A program made the position numbers and the translations under genes. A DNA stretch of 52,341 nt. It comes from a virus. Its lineage: Duplodnaviria > Caudoviricetes. The stretch covers positions 1 through 52,341 of IMG/VR virus record IMGVR_UViG_3300032277_000006; one strand, given 5' to 3'. Positions 7,167 to 15,944 of this stretch are shown piece after piece (the first letter of the stretch is position 1; each line of letters starts with the position of its first letter). The notes beneath the pieces are model-generated. The model was given only the letters and a program-made list of their open reading frames with translations. It did not search any database and was not told the DNA's origin.

Positions 7167-7471
7167 ACGGATTTCTTTTCGCCCCAGTTCTGGGCACTCG
7201 GTTCCTTGTACGCGTTCAGACCGTAGCAGGAAACCTCGAGTTCGATATGCGGGCGATCACTGCCGATCCCCCCACGACTGACCAGCTGGCGCCCCAGCGA
7301 GAACTTGGTAACCACGTAGCCTTGCTCGGATAGTTGCCGTGCGTGCTGGTTGCGAGCCTTCAGCGCCGCCTTGCGAGCGGCCGTGTGGTCGAACTCGTAC
7401 CAACCGCTCTTGGTCCAGCGAAAATGAGTATCGGTTCCGTCGAAGAGTTTCTGCACCACGGTACTATGCAC
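7163..7471 (-). CDS. hypothetical protein (cassette 6)
   Basis: 102 aa; its TGA lies inside the TTGACA of P5. Confidence 0.6.
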   Translation of the reverse strand: MHSTVVQKLFDGTDTHFRWTKSGWYEFDHTAARKAALKARNQHARQLSEQGYVVTKFSLGRQLVSRGGIGSDRPHIELEVSCYGLNAYKEPSAQNWGEKKSV

Positions 7472-7652
7472 CCCCTACCAGCTGACCAGTGGGCCAAGTG
7501 CCCTTGCTGCCGTCGTTCCAGCGGATCTCCGCAAACTCTGCCCCAAGATCCAGCCAGATATCCAAGACCACGCCAGAGAAGTGACCAGCGGTGGTGCACC
7601 CCTCAACAGGAGAGACGCGGTCGCCGATCTTGAGGAAGTTGTCGTTGGTCAT
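7464..7652 (-). CDS. small SH3/KOW-like beta protein (cassette 6)
   Basis: LKIGDRV...GVV...AEIRWNDG pattern; GGAGAAAAGAC leader. Confidence 0.65.
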   Translation of the reverse strand: MTNDNFLKIGDRVSPVEGCTTAGHFSGVVLDIWLDLGAEFAEIRWNDGSKGTWPTGQLVGGA

Positions 7653-7672
7653 GTCTTTTCTCCGTTGCGGTT

Positions 7673-7717
7673 GCGTTGCTTACATTTTCAATATACAACA
7701 ATTCGCTGAGTGTGCAA
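7673..7717 (-). promoter_or_regulatory. repeated promoter P6
   Basis: Identical core 7673-7704; -35 TTGCAC. Confidence 0.8.
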
Positions 7718-7725
7718 GGCGTTTT

Positions 7726-8010
7726 TCAACTTTCCTTGGAAAGAGGTAGGCGTCCGATGTGGTGATCAGCCGGTACCGCGGTACGTTGGGCGACAGGAAC
7801 AGCAAGGCGGCTACGCGCATTCTTGACGAAACACTCTCGGCCGCCTTCGATCTCGTAATGCTCGCACATTGCGGCATACTGAACCATGACCAACGCTTCG
7901 ATTTCCTCAACGGTGCGCTCGACATCGGGGAGGTTCTTAGCCAAGTAAGCGTTGACGGCCTCGCATACTTCGCGAAAGATGATCGTGCTGGCGTCTTGGT
8001 TGTTGGTCAT
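7726..8010 (-). CDS. hypothetical protein (cassette 7)
   Basis: GGAGAAAAGAC-ATG after P7. Confidence 0.7.
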   Translation of the reverse strand: MTNNQDASTIIFREVCEAVNAYLAKNLPDVERTVEEIEALVMVQYAAMCEHYEIEGGRECFVKNARSRLAVPVAQRTAVPADHHIGRLPLSKES

Positions 8011-8030
8011 GTCTTTTCTCCGTTGCGAGT

Positions 8031-8075
8031 GCGTTGCTTACATTTTCAATATACAACAATTCGCTGAGGGTGCAA
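8031..8075 (-). promoter_or_regulatory. repeated promoter P7
   Basis: Identical core 8031-8062; -35 TTGCAC. Confidence 0.8.
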
Positions 8076-8146
8076 CCCGTTTCTCGATTTCCCGGATTTT
8101 GTCTTGATTCTGGGCAACATGCCGTATTATGGACTCGGTTGCTTTG

Positions 8147-8201
8147 AGGCGTAGGCCGGGCGCACTGCTCTTGGGTGCACGCCCGGCCCGCCTACGCTTT
8201 T
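8147..8201 (+). terminator. leader hairpin with U-tract upstream of the packaging operon
   Basis: GCGTAGG-CCGGGCG...CGCCCGG-cccg-CCTACGC followed by TTTT. Confidence 0.5.
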
Positions 8202-8213
8202 CACGAGGATGCT

Positions 8214-8432
8214 ATGAGCTGGCAGAAACACACCGGAGGGATGGTTCCAGAGAACGCGCGGGTGCGTTGCACCTTTGACGTGGCGCCCGGTAAGGAAAAT
8301 ACCGTTGAGGGGGTTTTCGTTGGCTGGTGCGCGAGCGGTACCGAGCTTGCTTTACGGAATGACTGGGGCTTAATCGATCTCGTCGGCGGAATCAACTGGT
8401 CTGCGAAGGGAGAGATCTGGAAGGACGAATGA
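8214..8432 (+). CDS. hypothetical protein
   Basis: GAGGA RBS; ATGA-coupled to the terminase. Confidence 0.6.
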   Translation: MSWQKHTGGMVPENARVRCTFDVAPGKENTVEGVFVGWCASGTELALRNDWGLIDLVGGINWSAKGEIWKDE

Positions 8433-9922
8433 GGCGAACGAGCGAGCCCGTGGAATGGGTAATCAAGGGGGATGAGCTGGTGGCGCGGTGCGGCACTGAG
8501 AATGTCGCATGGACGCCTCAGCCGGGATCACAGCACGCGTTTCTATCGTGCCCGAATGACGTATTCGAGGTTCTCTATGAGGGCACGCGCGGCCCGGGGA
8601 AGACCGACGCTATCCTGATGTCGTTCTGCCGCCACGTCGACCAGGGCTACGGTGCCGATTGGCGTGGCGTGCTATTTCGTAGGACGTACAAGCAGCTGGC
8701 CGACGTCGTCAAGAAGTCGAAGAAGTGGTTTCCACGCTTCTTCCCTGCGGCCACCTACAACAGTACCGAGCGCACGTGGACGTTCCCCGATGGCGAGGCC
8801 CTCATCCTCAGCTACATGGAGCGCCCGGACGATTACGACAACTACCACGGGCACGAGTATCCCTTTGTTGCCTTTGAGGAGTTGACGACGTGGCCCACGG
8901 ATGAGTGCTACAAGCTGATGATGTCGACGTGCCGATCGACGCGGCCCGGCATGCCGCGCATGTATCGCTCGACAACAAACCCGTACGGTGTTGGGCATAA
9001 CTGGGTGAAGAAGCGTTTCGGATTGCCCGTGCCTCCGCGGGACATCATCGGCAGGGTGATCAAGGATCCGGAAACGAAAGAGCGCCGCGTGGCGATCCAT
9101 GGATATCTGCAGGAGAACAAAATCCTACTGCACGCGGATCCGAACTACGCCGCGAAGATCGCGATGGCGGCTCGTAACGAGGCCGAGAAAAAGGCTTGGC
9201 TCGAGGGGAGTTGGGACATCATCGCGGGCGGAATGTTCGACGACGTCTGGGTTCCGGCCTGGCACGTGTTGCCGAATCTGCATATAAACGACATACCGCG
9301 CGGCTGGACGGTCTCGCGCAGCTACGACCATGGAAGCTCCAAGCCCTTCTCGGTGGGCTGGTGGGCTCGATCGAATGGCGAGCCCCTCCGCCTGGGCGAT
9401 TACTACGTGGGCCATGTCCCGGGCGACATGGTGCGCATCGCGGAATGGTACGGATGCACAGGGAAGGCAAACGACGGACTCAAGATGTCCTCGAAGGAAA
9501 TCGCGCGAGGTATACTTGAGCGCGAGGCCGACATGGGTCTCACGGGACGCGTCAAGCCTGGGCCTGCGGATTCTTCGATCTTCTCCAATTACGATGGGGA
9601 GAAATCAGTCGCTGGGGACATGCGGAAACTGGGAGTTCGCTGGCTGGAGGCAGACAAAAGCCCGGGGAGTCGAATTCAGGGCTGGGAGCAGATTCGCGAC
9701 ATGCTGAAAGCGGCACTGCCCGATGTAAACGGGTACCGGGAGCATCCCGGTATGTACATCTGTGCTCGCTGCACGGACTTCCTTCGCACTGTTCCTGTTC
9801 TGCCTCGTGACAAAAAGAAGATCGACGACGTGGATACCGAGTCCGAGGACCACATCGGGGACGAGACCCGGTACCAAGTGCGCCGCAAGCATACGCAAAC
9901 TGTTTCCAAGAGCTGGGTCTGA
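8429..9922 (+). CDS. terL: terminase large subunit
   Basis: Walker A YEGTRGPGKT, Walker B VAFEEL, coupling motif TTNP, RNase H-like nuclease (YDHG, EDHIGDETRY). Confidence 0.95.
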   Translation: MRRTSEPVEWVIKGDELVARCGTENVAWTPQPGSQHAFLSCPNDVFEVLYEGTRGPGKTDAILMSFCRHVDQGYGADWRGVLFRRTYKQLADVVKKSKKWFPRFFPAATYNSTERTWTFPDGEALILSYMERPDDYDNYHGHEYPFVAFEELTTWPTDECYKLMMSTCRSTRPGMPRMYRSTTNPYGVGHNWVKKRFGLPVPPRDIIGRVIKDPETKERRVAIHGYLQENKILLHADPNYAAKIAMAARNEAEKKAWLEGSWDIIAGGMFDDVWVPAWHVLPNLHINDIPRGWTVSRSYDHGSSKPFSVGWWARSNGEPLRLGDYYVGHVPGDMVRIAEWYGCTGKANDGLKMSSKEIARGILEREADMGLTGRVKPGPADSSIFSNYDGEKSVAGDMRKLGVRWLEADKSPGSRIQGWEQIRDMLKAALPDVNGYREHPGMYICARCTDFLRTVPVLPRDKKKIDDVDTESEDHIGDETRYQVRRKHTQTVSKSWV

Positions 9923-9925
9923 TAG

Positions 9926-11467
9926 ATGCCTGATAAACCCGATCCGTCGATTCCGTCCGCCGCATACGAGGCGATGTCTCCCGTTTGGCAGAAGATCCAG
10001 ACGCTTCTGGACGGAACCCCCTCGATGCGCGCCGCTCGACAGTGGACATTACCGCGCCACGAGAATGAATCGGATGGTTCGTACGAGGAGCGATGGCAAC
10101 GAGCCACTCTCCTGAACATGACGTCGTTGACGCTCGACCAGTGGGTCGGCCGACCGTTTAGCGATCCGGTAAAACGTTCGGAGGATATGCCCCCTGAGGT
10201 AGACGAGTGGATGGATGACGTCGACCTGCAGGGGAACAACGTGACGACGTTTGCGCGTCAGTGGTTCCGCGAGGGTCTGGCCAAGGGCTACGCCCACGTG
10301 CTCATCGACTTCCCAGAGGTGGACAAGCAGGGTCGAACGGCAGCGGACGACGTGCGTGATAACCTGCGGCCGTTCATGTCGCTGATTCGCCCGGAGGGGC
10401 TGATCTTCGCCGAGGTCCGCAAGGTCTCGGGCAAAGAGACCTTGACGCACGTCCGTATCGTAGAGAATCAACGCAAGCGCGTGGGGTTCGGTGAGATTAC
10501 CGAGGAGCGCATCCGGATCTTCGACCGAATCCTCCCGGGCGAAACGCCGTTCTCGCTGATCGGTTTCGCAGAAGCGCAAGAGCTGACTGCGGAAAGCGTC
10601 AAGGAAATGGAGACGAATGAGCCTGAGAGGTTCAATCAGATCAACGCTCCGGGAGTATACGTCACCACCTGGATCAAGAACGAAGACAATGATTGGATCG
10701 TGGAGAAGAACCCTCGCCGCATAGAGGGTATCGACGAGATTCCGCTGGTGACATTCTACTCCGTGCCGCGCGATGAGTTCATGGTGACGAAGCCGCCGCT
10801 CGAGGATCTGGCCGACCTGAACGTCAACTGGTTCCAGTCGAATTCCGACCAGAACCACATCCTGACCGTAGCTCGTTTTCCCATCCTGGCTGCGACAGGC
10901 GTATCAGAAGAGGGCGACATCACCATCGGCCCAAAGAACGCACTGATCGATCCGAACAGTGGCGCCAAGTTTATGTACGTCGAGCACGAGGGGAACGCTA
11001 TCGAGGCGGGGCGCAAGCATGAGGCGGACCTCGAAGAGCAGATGGGCCACTACGGCGCTCAGTTCATGAAGAAGCAATCAGGCAACCAGACTGCCACGGC
11101 GCGAGCGCTGGACAGTGCCGAAGCTACGTCCCCCTTGCAGGCAGGTACGATGGTGTTCGAAGACGCGCTGAACACGGCCACCGCCTTCATGGGCGCGTGG
11201 GAGAATATCGAGAACGTAGGCACGCTCGAGATCGTCAAGGACTTCGGCCCAGAAGAGTTGGAAGGGGACGACCTGAACTCCCTGGTCAAGGCCCGCGAGA
11301 TGGGCGACATCAGCCGCCCGAAGTTCCTCCAGGAACTGCACCGCCGCGGCGGCCTCGCTGACGAGTTCAATTTCGATGAGAACGAAGCCGAGCTGAAGAC
11401 AGAGCAAGGATCGCTCGAAGATGACGACACGCTGAAGGAAGACCTGGACCCGTTCGCGGAGAAGTAA
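9926..11467 (+). CDS. portal protein (DUF4055-like)
   Basis: Follows terL; 513 aa; LPRHENES..YEER, KPPLEDLADLN, QSNSDQNHIL motifs. Confidence 0.9.
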   Translation: MPDKPDPSIPSAAYEAMSPVWQKIQTLLDGTPSMRAARQWTLPRHENESDGSYEERWQRATLLNMTSLTLDQWVGRPFSDPVKRSEDMPPEVDEWMDDVDLQGNNVTTFARQWFREGLAKGYAHVLIDFPEVDKQGRTAADDVRDNLRPFMSLIRPEGLIFAEVRKVSGKETLTHVRIVENQRKRVGFGEITEERIRIFDRILPGETPFSLIGFAEAQELTAESVKEMETNEPERFNQINAPGVYVTTWIKNEDNDWIVEKNPRRIEGIDEIPLVTFYSVPRDEFMVTKPPLEDLADLNVNWFQSNSDQNHILTVARFPILAATGVSEEGDITIGPKNALIDPNSGAKFMYVEHEGNAIEAGRKHEADLEEQMGHYGAQFMKKQSGNQTATARALDSAEATSPLQAGTMVFEDALNTATAFMGAWENIENVGTLEIVKDFGPEELEGDDLNSLVKAREMGDISRPKFLQELHRRGGLADEFNFDENEAELKTEQGSLEDDDTLKEDLDPFAEK

Positions 11468-11655
11468 TGTCGAGGCCAAGAAAACATTTCAAAACGGACG
11501 CCGAACTACTGGCGTCGCTAATGACCTTCGTGCATCACGAGGAGTCTTGCGCCACGCAGGACCTGGAAAACCCGCAACGCTGTTCGTGTGGTCTGGCCAC
11601 ACTGGAGCGAGAAGCGAACGCGCGCATTCGCAAGCTGGAACCACATGATCGGTAA
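11467..11655 (+). CDS. small hypothetical protein (His/Cys motif)
   Basis: TAATG coupling; HEESC...CSCGL. Confidence 0.55.
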   Translation: MSRPRKHFKTDAELLASLMTFVHHEESCATQDLENPQRCSCGLATLEREANARIRKLEPHDR

Positions 11656-12223
11656 GTCGCTCGATTGGATCTACGATTTCATCCTGTGGGTGGCGTCGTT
11701 CCGACCGCGCCTGGACCTATGCCACGCAACCCAGCGCGGACTGAAGTTCCTCCCGGGTGGGCGAACCAAGGTTATCAAGCCTGGGCTTTATTGGTGGTGG
11801 CCGCTAACCACTGATGTCAAGGTTATCGAGGTCAACTACTCGTCGCCCGAGATCGAGGGGCAGTCACTGATGACGAGAGACGGGCGAACGGTTTTCGTGC
11901 GCCCCGTGGTAATCTTCAAAGTCGTTGACGTTGAGAAGGCGCTCACGTCCACGTCCGGCTACACGGAAATGCTTTCGGACGCCACGATGAAAGCCCTGAC
12001 GGGCTATGTGCGGCAACACACCTTCAGCGTGCTGGTAGCAAACTCCGCAGACTTGGAGATGGACACCATCTTGAAGAAGTGGGTCACCGAGGACGCAGAG
12101 AAGCATGGGCTCGAGGTGCTGGAGGTGTTTGTGGCCGACATTGCCGTTCATGCCGTCTTCCGTCACGTCGGCGGAGCTGGCGCAGTGGTAGCACCACCAG
12201 AAGAGGAAGCGGAGGAAGAATGA
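11645..12223 (+). CDS. SPFH/Band-7 domain membrane protein
   Basis: RGLKF..G...VIKPGLYWWWP, QSLMTRDG..V.V..VVIFKVVDVEKA, GLEVLEVFVADI. Confidence 0.8.
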   Translation: MIGKSLDWIYDFILWVASFRPRLDLCHATQRGLKFLPGGRTKVIKPGLYWWWPLTTDVKVIEVNYSSPEIEGQSLMTRDGRTVFVRPVVIFKVVDVEKALTSTSGYTEMLSDATMKALTGYVRQHTFSVLVANSADLEMDTILKKWVTEDAEKHGLEVLEVFVADIAVHAVFRHVGGAGAVVAPPEEEAEEE

Positions 12224-12663
12224 GGCAGTATCAGGTTCCAGAAGAACGCCGATCGAAACCCTGTCGATACCACAACCTCAACCAGCTTGAGCGCGGAACG
12301 ATTACCAATGGCTGCGGCGGGAAGGGTGGATGGTTCAAGGGCCCGGACGGCATGTTTCAGTGCCCGTGCCGACACCACGACTTCAACTACTTCGTCGGGG
12401 GTAGCCCAGAAGACCGCAAGAAAGCCGATGTCCAATTCTTCCAGGCTATGATGCTGGAGGCAGGTTGTGCGCGCACCTGGTTCGAACGACTGAAGAAGCG
12501 CGGCTGCGCGCACGTGTACTACCGCGCAGTACGCACGTTCGGCTCGAAGTTCTTCCATCACACCAGATGGCTGGGATCAGATAACAATCCGCACGTCTGG
12601 CTACGACTCGAGCGCGCCATGGACGCGGCAGGAGCCGACCCAAGAGAAGCTGAATTCGACTAA
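12220..12663 (+). CDS. phospholipase A2-like protein
   Basis: NGCG...C..HDFNY..G...DR..AD..F...M...YYRAVRTFG matches the prokaryotic sPLA2-type His-Asp fold. Confidence 0.6.
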   Translation: MRQYQVPEERRSKPCRYHNLNQLERGTITNGCGGKGGWFKGPDGMFQCPCRHHDFNYFVGGSPEDRKKADVQFFQAMMLEAGCARTWFERLKKRGCAHVYYRAVRTFGSKFFHHTRWLGSDNNPHVWLRLERAMDAAGADPREAEFD

Positions 12664-13862
12664 TGGCCACGGTCAACGAAGAATACTTTGACGCGCAGGT
12701 CCGGCACCAAGTCGGCGTGCGCCGCTTCGCCTCGGGAGAGGTGAAGCAGATGCTTAAGATCCTCAAGCAGGCGGATCAAGAGCTGGCGGTCAAGCTGCGT
12801 AAACGACTCGCAAAGATGGGTGGCGGCGAAGGCTTGACCGAGCGCCGCATACGTCAGCTCATGCAGTCAATGCGAGAGACGCGCGGCGCGCTCTGGCGTG
12901 AGGTGAAGAAAGAGATCCGAGGAGATCTCTCCGCGCTGGGGCCGATCGAAGCAGACTTCGAGAAGCGCATGATCGAGGCCGTCGTCCCGTTCGACATCGA
13001 TCTGGCCGCCGTCGACCTGGGCAAGCTGCGCCGCATCGCCACGTCACGACCGTTCCAGGGCCGTCACCTTCGGGACTGGTTCGGGCGCCTCCAGCAGGCA
13101 GAACAGCAAGGGCTCCAGCAGGCCCTCCGCATGGGTATGACGCAGGGCGAGGGCGTCAACGACATCGTGCGCCGCGTGATCGGCACACGCTCGCGGGGGT
13201 TCACCGACGGAGTACTGGCCACCTCTCGTAGGAACGCGGAGGCGGTCGTCCGCACGGCAGTCAACCACGTTTCGAACCGAGCGCGCGAGGATGTGTGGGA
13301 CGCCAATGCCGACATCATCCAGGTGCTGCGGTGGACAGCCACCTTGGACGGACGCACCTCCGCCGTATGCCGAGGACGCGACGGACGCTTTGCCCCTGTG
13401 GGCAACAAGCCGCTACCAGAGGAGTTCCGGGACCGCGCGCTGAGCCCACCGCGAGCCCGCCCGCCCGCGCACATCAACTGTCGATCGCTCATGGTCGCCC
13501 AGCTGGACTCGGACGGACTCCTGGGCGAGAGGCCTTTCGTGCGAGACACCCGAACGCGCCGCGTTCGTGAGATCGACTTCCGAAAGATCGCCAAAGAGCA
13601 GGGGCGGAGCATCCAGTCCGTGCGAAAAGAATGGGGCGACAAGAACATCGGCAGGGTTCCCGCAGAGACGGACTACCAGTCATTCCTCAAGCGTCAGCCC
13701 ACTGGATTTCAGGACGACGTCTTGGGAACCACGAAAGGCAAGCTTTTCCGAAAAGGGGACTTGACTCTGGACAAGTTCGTTGATAGAAACGGTACGGAGC
13801 TTACGATCTCGCAGTTACGTAAGCTACAGCCTGATGCGTTCATCAAGGCTGGGTTAGATTAA
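12663..13862 (+). CDS. head morphogenesis protein (SPP1 gp7 / Mu gpF family)
   Basis: AEAVVRTAVNH, WTATLDGRTSAVCRGRDG, PPAHINCRS. Confidence 0.9.
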   Translation: MATVNEEYFDAQVRHQVGVRRFASGEVKQMLKILKQADQELAVKLRKRLAKMGGGEGLTERRIRQLMQSMRETRGALWREVKKEIRGDLSALGPIEADFEKRMIEAVVPFDIDLAAVDLGKLRRIATSRPFQGRHLRDWFGRLQQAEQQGLQQALRMGMTQGEGVNDIVRRVIGTRSRGFTDGVLATSRRNAEAVVRTAVNHVSNRAREDVWDANADIIQVLRWTATLDGRTSAVCRGRDGRFAPVGNKPLPEEFRDRALSPPRARPPAHINCRSLMVAQLDSDGLLGERPFVRDTRTRRVREIDFRKIAKEQGRSIQSVRKEWGDKNIGRVPAETDYQSFLKRQPTGFQDDVLGTTKGKLFRKGDLTLDKFVDRNGTELTISQLRKLQPDAFIKAGLD

Positions 13863-13949
13863 GCCTCCTCGGTTGGGGGCTTGTGTATGTCGGCGGGGTG
13901 AGCCCCTGACCGGCGAGTGATTCGCCATGCACAGAGGAGGTTATGGCAC

Positions 13950-14735
13950 ATGAAGTTCATTCTCGGAGACAACTTGAAGATCGATTCCCTGGAAGGTGTT
14001 CCAGGAGATCTGAAGCCGCTCTATGTGGAGCAGGCCGATGGCGGCTTCGCACTCGGTGATGACGCAGCCACCAAGGCCACCGTCAAGGTGATCGATGGTC
14101 TGGGCCGATCCCTGCGCGCTTCGCGTGAGGAAGCGGATGAAGCCAAGAGGAAGGCCGTCGATCTGTCGAGCCTTTCGGAGTACGGAGAGGGTCCGGAAGA
14201 GATCGCTGCGGCGATCACACAGAAGATGGAAGACCTCCAGAAGAAGGTTAAGACCAAGGGTGACAACGAGGGTACTCTCGAGAAGCTTCGTCAAGACCTC
14301 AAGGCTGCCCACGGGCTCGAGCTGACGAAGAAGGACGAGGACATCACCTCTCTGACAGCGCAGCTGTCCGAGGTCCTGGTGGACCAGAAGATCAAGAGTG
14401 CCATCGGGGACTCTGCCGTCAACCTGGACATCGCCACGCGGGTCATCTCGGACTTCATCGACACGGACCGGGACGAGAAGGGAAACTTCGTCGTGCAGGT
14501 TGTCGACAAGGACCGTGATCCTCGGAAGAATCCCGCCACAGGAGAGTTCCTGGCCATCGGCGATCTCGTCGGGGAGATGAAGAAGAGCGAAACCTACGGC
14601 TCGCTATTCAAGAGCGAGAAGCCCAGCGGATCCGGGCACGAGTCCGGCGCCGCCTCCGCTGCCCGCCAAGCGGCAGGTAATGCACCTGACGCCTCTCCTG
14701 TATCGAAGATCTCCGCGGGGCTCGCCGCGCGGTAA
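13950..14735 (+). CDS. capsid scaffolding protein
   Basis: GAGGAGG RBS; helical and charged; LFKSEKPSGSG tail; precedes the major capsid gene. Confidence 0.8.
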   Translation: MKFILGDNLKIDSLEGVPGDLKPLYVEQADGGFALGDDAATKATVKVIDGLGRSLRASREEADEAKRKAVDLSSLSEYGEGPEEIAAAITQKMEDLQKKVKTKGDNEGTLEKLRQDLKAAHGLELTKKDEDITSLTAQLSEVLVDQKIKSAIGDSAVNLDIATRVISDFIDTDRDEKGNFVVQVVDKDRDPRKNPATGEFLAIGDLVGEMKKSETYGSLFKSEKPSGSGHESGAASAARQAAGNAPDASPVSKISAGLAAR

Positions 14736-14874
14736 ATCATCCCGCCCCGACGTCATGGTAATATCGTAGTTCTTGCCGATCGAGTGATTCGATCCGCGCC
14801 TTCCCCGGATGGGTGATCCTGAGGGGACGTAACCGTCACCTGAATTTTCATCCCATCAGAAGGAGCACCGAATC

Positions 14875-15852
14875 ATGGCTTCCGTCACTTTGGTCGAATC
14901 GGCCAAACTCGCACAAGATCAGCTCGTCAGTGGTGTCATCGAAACGATCGTCACTGTCGACCAAATGTTCCAGATCCTCCCTTTCCAGGGGATCGACGGT
15001 AACTCGCTCGCGTACAACCGCGAACTCTTGGAAGGTGGCGCTGGCGTCATCGGTGTCGGCGGACTCATCTCCAGTGGCGCTACGGACGTCCTTCTCGGTG
15101 GAAACACCGCGAAGAATGCTGCGACGTTCACCCAGGTGAACTCGAACCTCACCACGATCATCGCGGACGCCGAGGTCAACAACCTCGTCCAGTCCACGCG
15201 TTCGGGTGACGGGAACGACCAGAAGGCCGTTCAGATCGCCTCCAAGGCGAAGAAGGTCGCACGCTCGTATCAGCACATGCTGATCAACGGCTCGGGTGCG
15301 TCCAACCAGTTCAGCGGCCTCTTGAATCTTTGCCCTGCGGGTCAAACGATCTCGGGCGCCGTGAATGGTACGCAGTTCAGTTCACTGAAGCTGCTTGACG
15401 ACCTCATGGCCAAGGTCAAGGACAAGGACGGCCGCGTCGACTATTTCGCGATGAACATTCGCGAGATCAACGCGTACTACGATCTCCTCCGAACCCTCGG
15501 CGGCGCGTCGATCGGAGAGGTTGTCACCCTCCCGAGTGGGGAGCAGGTCCCCGGCTATCGTGGCGTGCCGATCTTCCGCAACGACTTCATTCCTATCACG
15601 CAGACTCAGGGTACCGCCACCAACGCTACCACGATCTTCTGTGGGACGATCGACGACGGCTCGATGTCCACGGGTATCGCAGGCATCACTGCCTCGAAGG
15701 CCTCGGGTATCAACGTCCGAGAGGTCGGTCAGGCGGAGGACAAGGACGAGTCGATCACTCGTTTGACGTGGTACTGCGGGCTCGCGCTCTTCTCGGAGCT
15801 GGGTATCGCATGTGCTGACGGCATCTCGCCGACTGGCGCCGTGTACGTGTAA
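14875..15852 (+). CDS. major capsid protein
   Basis: AGGAG RBS; MASVTLVESAKLAQDQLVSGVIE...LPFQGIDGNSLAYNRE typical of YuA-type capsids; followed by a terminator. Confidence 0.92.
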   Translation: MASVTLVESAKLAQDQLVSGVIETIVTVDQMFQILPFQGIDGNSLAYNRELLEGGAGVIGVGGLISSGATDVLLGGNTAKNAATFTQVNSNLTTIIADAEVNNLVQSTRSGDGNDQKAVQIASKAKKVARSYQHMLINGSGASNQFSGLLNLCPAGQTISGAVNGTQFSSLKLLDDLMAKVKDKDGRVDYFAMNIREINAYYDLLRTLGGASIGEVVTLPSGEQVPGYRGVPIFRNDFIPITQTQGTATNATTIFCGTIDDGSMSTGIAGITASKASGINVREVGQAEDKDESITRLTWYCGLALFSELGIACADGISPTGAVYV

Positions 15853-15864
15853 GCGAAAGTTTCT

Positions 15865-15918
15865 GACGGCCGCCATATCTCAGCCCTGCAAGCTGGTGGT
15901 GTGGCGGCCGTCTTTTTT
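15865..15918 (+). terminator. intrinsic terminator after the capsid gene
   Basis: GACGGCCGCCA...TGGCGGCCGTC followed by TTTTTT. Confidence 0.85.
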
Positions 15919-15944
15919 GAGAAAAACAACAGGAGACCACGAGG

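Noticed and set aside
3140-8062. 32-bp repeats as a CRISPR array or solitary CRISPR-repeat anti-CRISPR RNAs
   Set aside because: Spacing is 330-2400 bp and contains genes. There are no cas genes and only a weak GTTG/CAAC palindrome. The fixed -35/-10/RBS geometry explains the repeat better.
3143-8067. ORF-track proteins sharing CLHFQYTTI / LLTFSIYNNS / NCCILKM (e.g. 3143..3784, 5831..6736, 7759..8067) as a paralogous family
   Set aside because: These are translations of the DNA repeat in shadow frames, antisense to or overlapping better-supported genes.
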